From positions 116,308 through 180,307 of the forward strand of contig CBDCUO010000032.1 of NCBI GenBank assembly GCA_965222705.1: 64,000 nt of DNA. The letters run 5' to 3'. The position numbers and the translations under genes are program-made. Below, piece by piece: positions 29,144-38,022 of the stretch. The notes beneath the pieces were generated by a model that saw nothing but the letters and a program-made list of their open reading frames with translations, made no database searches and had not been told where the DNA came from. The first letter of the stretch is position 1. Every line of letters starts with the position of its first letter. The stretch is from Saprospiraceae bacterium. Its GTDB lineage: Bacteria; Bacteroidota; Bacteroidia; Chitinophagales; Saprospiraceae.

Positions 29144-30067
29144 TTAATTAATAGTCAAATCTCGGAAAATGTCCTCCAATTTCGTTTCAAAAGGAATCAT
29201 TTCACTCAATACCCATTTATTTTTGACACACAATTTAAAAATGGCTTTATTCGATTGTTGATCTGGTACACTTTGAATTTCAAATCGGTTGTCATCTGCA
29301 TCAATAAAATCAACTAAAGCAATAGAGGATAGAGCTTGCAATTTTTCATAGATTTCGTTGGCTTTTCCTTCCTCAATTTTTACTTTCAGTACCTGCTGTC
29401 CCTGTGCTTGTTTGCGAAGCGTAGAGGCGGTTCCGTCTGCTACGATTTTCCCTTGGTTGATAATCAAAATACGGTCGCAGGTAGCCTCCACTTCGGGCAA
29501 AATATGGGTACTTAAAATTACAGTTTTCTCCCTCCCCAACTGCCGGATTAGTTCTCTAATTTCTACGATTTGATTAGGGTCAAGTCCGGTCGTTGGTTCA
29601 TCCAGAATCAGTATTTCTGGATTGTGAATCATGGCTTGTGCCAGCCCGACCCTTTGACGATAGCCTTTTGATAGTTCTCCAATTTTTTTATGCTTTTCTA
29701 CATCTAATCCGCATACGCGGACCATCTCTCGTATCCGACTATCGGTCATACCTTTAGAAACCCCCTGCAGGGCTGCACAAAATTCCAAATAATCAATGAC
29801 GGGCATTTCGAGGTATAATGGATTGCTTTCTGGTAGATAGCCGATGTGCTTTTTGAGATTTCCGGTTTTAACGGATTGTCCACCAATTAAAATATCGCCA
29901 CTTTCTATATCAATAGAATTGGTAATCATTTTCATGGTCGTTGTTTTTCCGGCACCATTGGGGCCTAAGAACCCCAGCACCTCTCCCGTTTTTACTTCAA
30001 AAGAAATATTATCCACCGCTTTTTGAAATCCATAGCTTTTTGTGAGCTGTTGAATTTGTATATCCAT
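29144..30067 (-). CDS. gldA: ABC transporter ATP-binding protein, GldA-like
   Basis: It has Walker A GPNGAGKTT, signature LSKGYRQRV and Walker B ILILDEP, and is about 300 aa. Confidence 0.75.
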   Translation of the reverse strand: MDIQIQQLTKSYGFQKAVDNISFEVKTGEVLGFLGPNGAGKTTTMKMITNSIDIESGDILIGGQSVKTGNLKKHIGYLPESNPLYLEMPVIDYLEFCAALQGVSKGMTDSRIREMVRVCGLDVEKHKKIGELSKGYRQRVGLAQAMIHNPEILILDEPTTGLDPNQIVEIRELIRQLGREKTVILSTHILPEVEATCDRILIINQGKIVADGTASTLRKQAQGQQVLKVKIEEGKANEIYEKLQALSSIALVDFIDADDNRFEIQSVPDQQSNKAIFKLCVKNKWVLSEMIPFETKLEDIFRDLTIN

Positions 30068-30500
30068 ATTTTTTCTGAATTTGTATTATAACAAGTTGAA
30101 AAACCATTTTCTTAAAATATAATTTAGAAGGAGTAAATGGTGGAAGGCAGACACCTACTCCAAATTTAACAGGCTATTATTTTGATATGACCCAAAAAGC
30201 TCGAAGTAAGGAAGCTCAAAAAAATAACGCTGTCATTTGGGTTATTTTTTTGTTACTATTAGAAATTATTTTCTCAATTTTGTTGATGACATTTTTTATT
30301 TTTGGGAGGGCAAATATAAAGTTTTTCTGGAACTCTCTAAAAGATCGACTGGATATTTTAGACCGTGCCTTTTGATGATCAAAAACAAAATATCCTTGAT
30401 TAATTTCTCCAAACGTTCTATTTTGCTCCCTCTTTTTTGATTTAAAATTACCCGATTGATCAAAAGAGATTTTTCTGAATTATTTTAAATGGTTTTTGCT

Positions 30501-31094
30501 ATGAAATCAATCTTATCTATCTCTGGATTAATTCTAATGATGTCTTTTATGACGGGCTGTGGCCAGGGTGGCTCATCTGCTGCATTACCTACGGATTTGG
30601 CGGGCTTTACCACCACAAGTATTGCCAATGGTGCAGGTTTAAAAGCAGAAAAAAAAGATGCCAACGGGCAGGTAATAGAGGAGGGTATTTTGATTAATGA
30701 TATGAAAAACGGCACCTGGATTACTTATTATCCAAATAAGGAAAAAGCTATAAAGTCTTTGGCTACTTATGTGAATAATGAATTAAATGGCTTGTTTTTG
30801 ACTTTTTCGGATCGGGGACAAATAGAAACGCTCACTACTTATGCCAATGGGATTTACGATGGCAATTTTGCCAAATTTAAATTTGGACGTGTAGAGGAAT
30901 CGGCCACCTACTTAAACGGAGAATTGCATGGATTGTATAAGAAGTTCTCTAATACCAATAAAATACAGGTTGAAGCGGAATATAAAAATGGCAAGCAGGA
31001 CGGCTATTACCGCTATTACGATGAGGAGGGAAAGGTAGTGATGGAATATCAATACAAAAACGGCGAGAAAGTAAGTGGCGGTCTAAGTAAATAA
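30501..31094 (+). CDS. Lipoprotein with MORN-variant (YwqK-like) repeats
   Basis: It has a lipobox (LILMMSFMTGC). Repeats of the Y.NG...G....Y type are present (YVNNELNGLF, YANGIYDGNF, YLNGELHGLY, YKNGKQDGYY, YKNGEKV). Confidence 0.75.
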   Translation: MKSILSISGLILMMSFMTGCGQGGSSAALPTDLAGFTTTSIANGAGLKAEKKDANGQVIEEGILINDMKNGTWITYYPNKEKAIKSLATYVNNELNGLFLTFSDRGQIETLTTYANGIYDGNFAKFKFGRVEESATYLNGELHGLYKKFSNTNKIQVEAEYKNGKQDGYYRYYDEEGKVVMEYQYKNGEKVSGGLSK

Positions 31095-31524
31095 CTAGTG
31101 TAGTGATTTGTAATTAATAAGAGATCAGCATTTTCTTGGCAAAGCACTGATTTTCGATGCGTTGAAAGATTAATTCCATCTGGACAACGGGATTAAAAGC
31201 TTAAGATTTAAGCTAATAGATAAGGTTATGAGTATGGATTACCAAATACGTACTTTCCCTCTTTTTATTAAATTTTTTCTTACTACATTATTCTGATTAT
31301 TCTTAGGTACGCTAGTCCTTTTTGACGGGGAGGTTGGGCATTAAACTGCTTGTTAATGCAGACTTTTAAGTGTCAATGGCTATGTTTTTTGTTGCTGAGG
31401 GAGATTTGGTTTAATATTTGTGCAAAATCCAAAATAGGAATTCGACTATTATCAAGCATTATTCAATCTTCCAGTCATTTCAAACTAATCTTTAAGGGTC
31501 TATTTACATAATTTAAATAAATAT

Positions 31525-31532
31525 TATTTTTG
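31525..31532 (+). promoter_or_regulatory. Candidate Bacteroidota -7 promoter element (TATTTTTG = TAnnTTTG)
   Basis: The motif matches about 19 nt upstream of the ATG at 31551. It supports that ATG over the listed TTG at 31530. Confidence 0.3.
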
Positions 31533-31550
31533 CAAAAAGGCATAGTTTCT

Positions 31551-34500
31551 ATGAAGTTCAGTCGCCAATTTTATTATTTGCTGCTCGCTATTGTTTTTTT
31601 CTTTTTGCTTGCAAAAGGCTTAGAGCAATATTTTAGTAAGAGCAAACTGCTTAGCAAGTATGCGGCTTTGATCGAGGAAAATCTGCAACAATATGAGCAG
31701 GAAATTGAAGCAAAACTGAAAAATGAAACCTTCTTTTTAAGTGAACTTGACGCCAATAAAACAAACTACGGGGAAATAAAAAACTTTGCAAAGAGACATT
31801 ATAACATTTGTTTGTACCACAAAGATTCTTTGCTTTTTTGGTCCAATTCCATTGCCTTTCCCACGCCTGCTTTATTAGAAAACCTAAGCGTCCAACAACC
31901 AATCTTTACGCAGTTGTCAAATGGCTATTTTGCTGTCCGGAAGCATTCATTATCCTTTTTGCAAGATTCCGAAAAGTATGCCATTTCCCTAATTCCAATA
32001 AAATGGGAATACGATGAACATATTAAAAACCTCAACGCCCAATTTGAAGCGGGAAGCTTGGAAAAAATACCAGGTAACCTTCGAATCAGTTTAAGTCAAT
32101 CAAAATATCCGATCCATTCTCGCCAGGGTAAAGCGATCTGCTATCTTCAGGAAACGGATGATTTTATAGATAAAGGCATTCTTAAGTGGCTGCTATTTTG
32201 TTATTTGATCGGCTTTGTTTTATTGGGCATTACCATCAATATAATTGCTCAAAAATTACAGTTTTTTAACAAACCCTGGCTGGGGCCTGCCTTTTTATTA
32301 ATCACTGTATTTGGCCTGCGATTTTTTAGCCAGGACTGGAGCCTTAAGTTTCAGGAATTTCAGGTGTTTGAGCGATCTTTTGAAAATCCAAGCGTTTCAG
32401 TCGGTGATTTACTGATCAATATTATCTTGCTGTTATGGGTTGTTATCTTTATTCATAGAGAATCGAAGGGGAAAAATTTTAAGGTCAATTTTCCTCCCAA
32501 TATTCGTTTTTTCTTAACGACCATGAACTACCTCTCCGTCATTCTTGCCTTGTTAATACTAATAAGTGTATTGAAAAGCCTGGTTTTAAATTCGGGGATT
32601 GCCTTTGATTTTAAAAATGTTTTTAATCTTGACCAATATAGCGTTATAGCCGTATTGGGGGTTATTTTGCTGCTTTTTACTCAGTTTGTTTTTAGCCATC
32701 GAATGATGATTACGATTCATCGGCTGAATCTTTCTCAGCAGAAACGACTAATCGCAGGGGTGCTGGCAGTTGGTTTTTCTCTTCCGATCATTTATTTTAT
32801 AGACTTGCAGATTCCGCTGCATATTACCGCTCTATTGGCTTTTATTTTTGTCTTAGCTTATGATTTATTCATTGATATGGATAATCCCGGACTCGTATGG
32901 TTGGTGGGATGGATAGTACTATTTGCCGGTGTATCTTCTGGCTTGCTGTATAAATATAATATGGACAAAGAGGAAAAGGAGGAGTTGGTGATTGCTGAGG
33001 GCTTAGCACAAGAGCGAGATCAATTGGTTGAGCGAGCACTTTTGAGTTTTAAATCGGCTTTGCACTTCGAAGCTCCCCAAATTACTTCTACCGATTCTCC
33101 TTCTGTTTTGGGAAAAATAAAGGAAAAAGTTTACACCTCTTTTTTTAATCAAAGTTATTTGTATAATAATTATAAGTATCGGGTTTATGGCTTTAATGAT
33201 AGGGGCGAGTTTTACTTTAAAGATCAGCTACCTGGAAGTTTAGAGTCCTGGGAGCAAAAAATCACCCAATCTAGGCCATTGGAAACGGACCCAAATATTT
33301 ATTTCTATTCCAATAGCAAAGGCAATCAAAGTTATCTTCTCCGAATAGAGTCTCCATTTGCTAATTCTGCTAAAGGGGGTATTCATTTGTTTTTTGAGTT
33401 TGAAAAGGCTTCCAGAAAACGCTCAAAAGTTTACATAGACCTATTGACCGATGAAGGATTTAAAGGCTTAAAGAATATTGAAAACTATGACTATGCCATT
33501 ATTAAAAATGGCTTGGCGGTGGAGGAAGAGGGAATTGAGGCGGATGATCCCGATTTCGTTTTTCCAAATGAACCAGAAATAGGCGGGTATGATAAAACTC
33601 CAGGTACCAGAGGAAATACTATCAACTTTATGTACCGTTTTGGAGAAAAAGACTATGTGATTCTAAGCAAAAAGAAGAATAATTTGTTTCATCCGGTATC
33701 TCTCTTTTCTTATATTTTTTGTTTTTTAGCCATATTAGTATTGTTGTTTGCGCTGGCCAATTCCAAACTAAGAATATTGCCCTATAATTTCAATTTCAAT
33801 TTATGGAATAAGCCTTCTTTAAAAAATAGAGTTCAGTTTTCTACCATTTTTTTAACTATTGCCTCCTTTATACTAATTGGCATCGTTTCGGTTTATTTTC
33901 TCAGGGATTCCTATATAAGCTATGATAGGGATCGCTTGGGAAGGAAGGCCAGTTCTGTCCTGGCTAATGCAGAACAATTCCTCGGGTTGGAGAGTGACTC
34001 TTTGGATTTTTTACAAAATGTCGGCAACCTGAATTTTTTGCGGGATTACATTGGCGTATTGTCGGAAACCCATCGAATAGATGTCAATTTATTCGACAGA
34101 AACGGAGATTTGATTCAATCTTCCGAGATGGATATTTTCAAAAAAGGGGTTATTCCGCCCAAAATGAGTGCCCGTGCTTATGAATATTTGGAAAAATTTA
34201 ATTTGTCGGATTATGTGCAAATCGAAGAATATATAAGTGACTATAGTTTTATGACCGCCTTCATGTCTTTGAAGGATGCCAATGGAAAAAAGTTGGCCTA
34301 TCTGAGTGTCCCTTACTCTAATAAACAACGAGTTTTGCAAGATGATGTGGCTGATTTTATGGGAAATTTATTGAATGTATATGTCTTTCTATTATTAGTG
34401 GCGGGGAGCATTTCTATTATAATGGCCAACTCTATTACTAAACCAATTACGGCTATTGGGGAAAACCTTAAAGAAATTAAGCTAGGCAATCCGAATGAGC

Positions 34501-35285
34501 CTTTGGAATGGCGCACCAATGATGAAATTGGTGCTTTAATTTCTGAATACAACCGGATGATTTTGAAATTGGAGCATAGTGCAAAATTGCTCGCGCGCTC
34601 CGAACGAGAGGGAGCCTGGAGAGAAATGGCCAAGCAGGTAGCGCATGAAATTAAAAATCCATTAACCCCGATGAAACTGAGCATTCAATATCTTCAGCAT
34701 GCTTTTCAGTCGAATCCGGAGAATATAGAACCCCTTTTGAAGCGGGTTTCTCATACTTTGATAGAACAAATTGACAACCTGGCGCAGATTGCGTCCGAGT
34801 TTTCCAGTTTTGCCAAAATGCCGCGTGCTAATAATCAACAAATCAAACTCAATGATTTGGTTGAGTCTGTTCACGATTTGTTCAAGGAGCATAAAAATAT
34901 GGATGTTTTACTGAGTTTACCAGAAGATGATTTTTATGTTTTTGCAGATAAAAACCATTTGATGCGTGTGTTGAATAACATGATTAAGAATGCAATAGAA
35001 TCCATTCCTAAATCCAGAAGAGGAAAAATTCAAGTTTCCCTTTATAAAATGGGCAGCATGGCAATCATTCAGGTAGAGGATAATGGAGAGGGGATTCCGG
35101 AAGAGATGAAGTCTAAAGTTTTTGTCCCCAACTTTACTACTAAGAATTCGGGCACAGGTTTAGGGCTGGCCATTTCTAAAAATATCATTGAATCCGTTAA
35201 TGGGAAGATCTATTTTGAAACAGAAAAAGATAAAGGAACCAATTTTTATGTAGAATTGCCTTTAGAAGATATGCTAGTCAACTGA
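31551..35285 (+). CDS. Large polytopic sensor histidine kinase (HAMP-HisKA-HATPase)
   Basis: It has multiple TM helices and two large extracytoplasmic segments. HAMP is ITKPITAIGENLKEI...EIGALISEYNRMILKL. The H-box is AHEIKNPLTPM, the N-box NNMIKNAIES, and the G-boxes DNGEGIP and GTGLGLAI. Confidence 0.85.
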   Translation: MKFSRQFYYLLLAIVFFFLLAKGLEQYFSKSKLLSKYAALIEENLQQYEQEIEAKLKNETFFLSELDANKTNYGEIKNFAKRHYNICLYHKDSLLFWSNSIAFPTPALLENLSVQQPIFTQLSNGYFAVRKHSLSFLQDSEKYAISLIPIKWEYDEHIKNLNAQFEAGSLEKIPGNLRISLSQSKYPIHSRQGKAICYLQETDDFIDKGILKWLLFCYLIGFVLLGITINIIAQKLQFFNKPWLGPAFLLITVFGLRFFSQDWSLKFQEFQVFERSFENPSVSVGDLLINIILLLWVVIFIHRESKGKNFKVNFPPNIRFFLTTMNYLSVILALLILISVLKSLVLNSGIAFDFKNVFNLDQYSVIAVLGVILLLFTQFVFSHRMMITIHRLNLSQQKRLIAGVLAVGFSLPIIYFIDLQIPLHITALLAFIFVLAYDLFIDMDNPGLVWLVGWIVLFAGVSSGLLYKYNMDKEEKEELVIAEGLAQERDQLVERALLSFKSALHFEAPQITSTDSPSVLGKIKEKVYTSFFNQSYLYNNYKYRVYGFNDRGEFYFKDQLPGSLESWEQKITQSRPLETDPNIYFYSNSKGNQSYLLRIESPFANSAKGGIHLFFEFEKASRKRSKVYIDLLTDEGFKGLKNIENYDYAIIKNGLAVEEEGIEADDPDFVFPNEPEIGGYDKTPGTRGNTINFMYRFGEKDYVILSKKKNNLFHPVSLFSYIFCFLAILVLLFALANSKLRILPYNFNFNLWNKPSLKNRVQFSTIFLTIASFILIGIVSVYFLRDSYISYDRDRLGRKASSVLANAEQFLGLESDSLDFLQNVGNLNFLRDYIGVLSETHRIDVNLFDRNGDLIQSSEMDIFKKGVIPPKMSARAYEYLEKFNLSDYVQIEEYISDYSFMTAFMSLKDANGKKLAYLSVPYSNKQRVLQDDVADFMGNLLNVYVFLLLVAGSISIIMANSITKPITAIGENLKEIKLGNPNEPLEWRTNDEIGALISEYNRMILKLEHSAKLLARSEREGAWREMAKQVAHEIKNPLTPMKLSIQYLQHAFQSNPENIEPLLKRVSHTLIEQIDNLAQIASEFSSFAKMPRANNQQIKLNDLVESVHDLFKEHKNMDVLLSLPEDDFYVFADKNHLMRVLNNMIKNAIESIPKSRRGKIQVSLYKMGSMAIIQVEDNGEGIPEEMKSKVFVPNFTTKNSGTGLGLAISKNIIESVNGKIYFETEKDKGTNFYVELPLEDMLVN

Positions 35286-35298
35286 TTTGCGCTCTTGG

Positions 35299-37218
35299 TT
35301 ATTTTACCTGAACCTCTACAATTGGGATTAAAATTTCTACTCGAGTGCCCAGCGGTATTCGGGTATCTTTTTGATACAAATCAACCGTTTTCACAAAAAA
35401 GTGATTCATACGGGAATTGTGCAAAATACGCAGTCGGTCTTCTGTGATGACGGTACCGCGAGACTGGTGGTTGAGGTAAGCTTCATCTTTTTCTTTGAGC
35501 TCTTTAGCTTTTTTGCGACCAATGCCATTATCCTGCACCTTACATAGGATGGTGTAATCATCTTTTAATTGGAAATCAATTTCTACCAGTCCATTTTCTT
35601 TGGTGCGGAGGCCATGCTCGATAGCATTTTCGACATAAGGCTGGACGATCATGGTGGGGACGCCTAAAATGTCTTCTTCAATTTCGTCATCTATGGTGAT
35701 TTTGTAATCCAGCTTGTCCTTAAAACGCAATTTTTGATTAATAGACAAATAGTCATCGAGAAACTCGATTTCTTTTTCCAAAGAAATAATTTCCAAATCG
35801 GAATAATCCAGGCTTTGGCGCATCAATTTGGCAAATTTGGCTAGATATTTTGCGGCGGATTTTATCTCATTTGAAGTAATATAATTTTGAATGGAATTGA
35901 GGGCATTATACATAAAATGCGGATTCATTTGCGCTCTTAAGGCTTTTAATTGCAAACTGGTAGCTTGTAATCTAAGCATTTTTGCTTCTTGTTTTCGCTT
36001 TTCGGTTTCGTATTTAACCTCTAATTCCAATGCTTTTTTATTGTGAATTTGTTCGGTAGCTTTTGCGCTGATATCTGCGTACAAAACCTGATATTCATAA
36101 GCATTTTTGAAGTCAGTAGCCTGCGCGTAAAACTGAGCAATACTTTTGCAAATTGCCGATAATTGCTGCAAATCACCCCTTAGCTTGGCAAATTCAAAAG
36201 CCCTGATAAAGTGTTTTTCCGATAAGTCCCGCTGGCCTTTGTCGGCATATAATTGGGCTTTCCAACTTTCAATAACCGAAAAATTAATATAGTTGCCTTC
36301 TACTTTTGATTGATAAATGTGCTCTGCTCGATCATACAACTTCAAGGCCTCTTCATAGTTCTCCCTCAAGTAATAACAAAAACCCAGGTTGGCATAGGCA
36401 CCGGCTTGGGCGGCTGGATCCACCATATCGGTTATTTTGATCGCTTTTCTCAGGTATTTTTCTGCATTGTCTATGTTGTTCATACCGATATAGCCCTTTC
36501 CGATATTTAAATAATGCCAGGACAAGCGCGTTTTCATTCCAGTGACCTGACAAATCTCCATCACTTTTTTGTAGTGTTTGACTGCTTTTTCCAAGTCCTT
36601 ATTGCGTTCATATATATTACCTAAACCACTGTAAATCAATGTTAGAAAGTAATAATCTTTTAGGGTAATTGTTTGACTATTGGTATTAATTTCTTTGTCT
36701 GCTTCGAGTAAAAGCTCGATCGCTTTGCTATAATTGGAGTAATGTAGGTTGATGAAACCCTCTCGGCAGGTAATGCGGGCAGATAAGATGGGATCGGGGT
36801 AAACTTTTAGATGCTTAGAGGCTTGTTCCAGATAATTATTGGCTTCATCCAGTCGTTCTAGGTTGATGCAAATGCCGGCATAATCAATATAAGTTTCTGC
36901 CTGCATTTTTAAATCTCCCTGATTTTCGATGATTGTCAGTGCTTTTTTTAGATGATGTTCTGCAAGTGGGTAATTGTAAAACTGGTTTTCGATAAAAGCA
37001 GAGTTCAGATGAAAATTTAAATCCAAATCTTGCAGGGGGTGTTTTTTTAGGAAAGCTCGCTGTTGTTTTAGCAGCTCTTTAGCCCGCTGAATATCGGTGT
37101 AAGCATATACGCTCGTCAGCCGATCGATGGCCCTTGCCTGTTGCTCCTGATCTCGAAGAATGGAGAGGCTGGCTTCAATTTGCTGGATATTTAGTATAGG
37201 CGATGTGTATTCGGTCAT
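35299..37218 (-). CDS. Soluble TPR-repeat sensor histidine kinase of the LytS/YehU (His_kinase) type
   Basis: An N-terminal TPR array of about 380 aa has no TM segment. A coiled coil follows, then the motif RAQMNPHFMYNALNSIQ and an HATPase region (VENAIEHG, DNGIG). Confidence 0.85.
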   Translation of the reverse strand: MTEYTSPILNIQQIEASLSILRDQEQQARAIDRLTSVYAYTDIQRAKELLKQQRAFLKKHPLQDLDLNFHLNSAFIENQFYNYPLAEHHLKKALTIIENQGDLKMQAETYIDYAGICINLERLDEANNYLEQASKHLKVYPDPILSARITCREGFINLHYSNYSKAIELLLEADKEINTNSQTITLKDYYFLTLIYSGLGNIYERNKDLEKAVKHYKKVMEICQVTGMKTRLSWHYLNIGKGYIGMNNIDNAEKYLRKAIKITDMVDPAAQAGAYANLGFCYYLRENYEEALKLYDRAEHIYQSKVEGNYINFSVIESWKAQLYADKGQRDLSEKHFIRAFEFAKLRGDLQQLSAICKSIAQFYAQATDFKNAYEYQVLYADISAKATEQIHNKKALELEVKYETEKRKQEAKMLRLQATSLQLKALRAQMNPHFMYNALNSIQNYITSNEIKSAAKYLAKFAKLMRQSLDYSDLEIISLEKEIEFLDDYLSINQKLRFKDKLDYKITIDDEIEEDILGVPTMIVQPYVENAIEHGLRTKENGLVEIDFQLKDDYTILCKVQDNGIGRKKAKELKEKDEAYLNHQSRGTVITEDRLRILHNSRMNHFFVKTVDLYQKDTRIPLGTRVEILIPIVEVQVK

Positions 37219-37314
37219 AAAGAGCTGAAAAATTTAAATAAAATGAAATATATAACATTTTATTCTAAATTGGACAAATTAATTCAAGTTTCCAACAGTT
37301 ATGGCTTAAAATCA

Positions 37315-37968
37315 CTATGATTGATGATTAAAAATCAAGCTTCCAATTCGGACCATAGTGCTTCCTTCTTCCATAGCTATTTTATAGTCGCCGGACATGC
37401 CCATAGAGATTTCTTTAAAGTGTTTTTTTTCTTTAAAATAATTATTTTTTAAAGTATCAAAAATGATTTTTAAATTTTGAAACTCTCTTCTTATTTGCTG
37501 CGAACACTCTGTAAAAGTCGCCATGCCCATCACCCCGTCAATGCGGATGTTTTCCAATTTATAAAAGGCATCGGAAGCCAGTATCTCTTTCGCTTCCTCT
37601 AATTCCAGCCCAAATTTTGTACTTTCTTCAGCTATCCAAAATTGTAGTAAACAAGGAATAATTCGCCCCCTTTTTTTTGCCTGTTTATCAATTTCCTGAA
37701 GGAGTTTAAGGCTATCTACAGCCTGGATCAGTGTGACAAAAGGAGCGATATATTTGACCTTGTTGGTTTGCAAATGTCCGATTTGGTGCCACTCGATATC
37801 TTTTGGCAAGACTTCATATTTAGCCACTAACTCCTGCACCCTGTTTTCTCCAAAAATGCGTTGCCCTTGTTGATACATTTTCAAGATTTGTTCAGAGGTC
37901 TTCATTTTGGAAACGACCACTAGCTGGGTCTTGTTTTGAGCTAATTCTGCTAGTATTTTTTTGAGCAT
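37315..37968 (-). CDS. yggS: YggS-family pyridoxal-phosphate homeostasis protein
   Basis: The protein is 217 aa, with the PLP-lysine region LVVVSKMK, HQIGHLQTNK, and the MGMSGDY and RIGSLIF motifs. Confidence 0.85.
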   Translation of the reverse strand: MLKKILAELAQNKTQLVVVSKMKTSEQILKMYQQGQRIFGENRVQELVAKYEVLPKDIEWHQIGHLQTNKVKYIAPFVTLIQAVDSLKLLQEIDKQAKKRGRIIPCLLQFWIAEESTKFGLELEEAKEILASDAFYKLENIRIDGVMGMATFTECSQQIRREFQNLKIIFDTLKNNYFKEKKHFKEISMGMSGDYKIAMEEGSTMVRIGSLIFNHQS

Positions 37969-38022
37969 TTATTTTGAAATTGTTGGCAGTTTAGCAATTT
38001 AACAATAAACGATCTGTGGAAA

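Noticed and set aside
30187-30440. Two overlapping 62/67-aa ORFs between gldA and the MORN lipoprotein gene.
   Set aside because: They overlap each other in different frames within AT-rich DNA, and neither has motifs. It is not possible to prefer either one, so they are probably intergenic.
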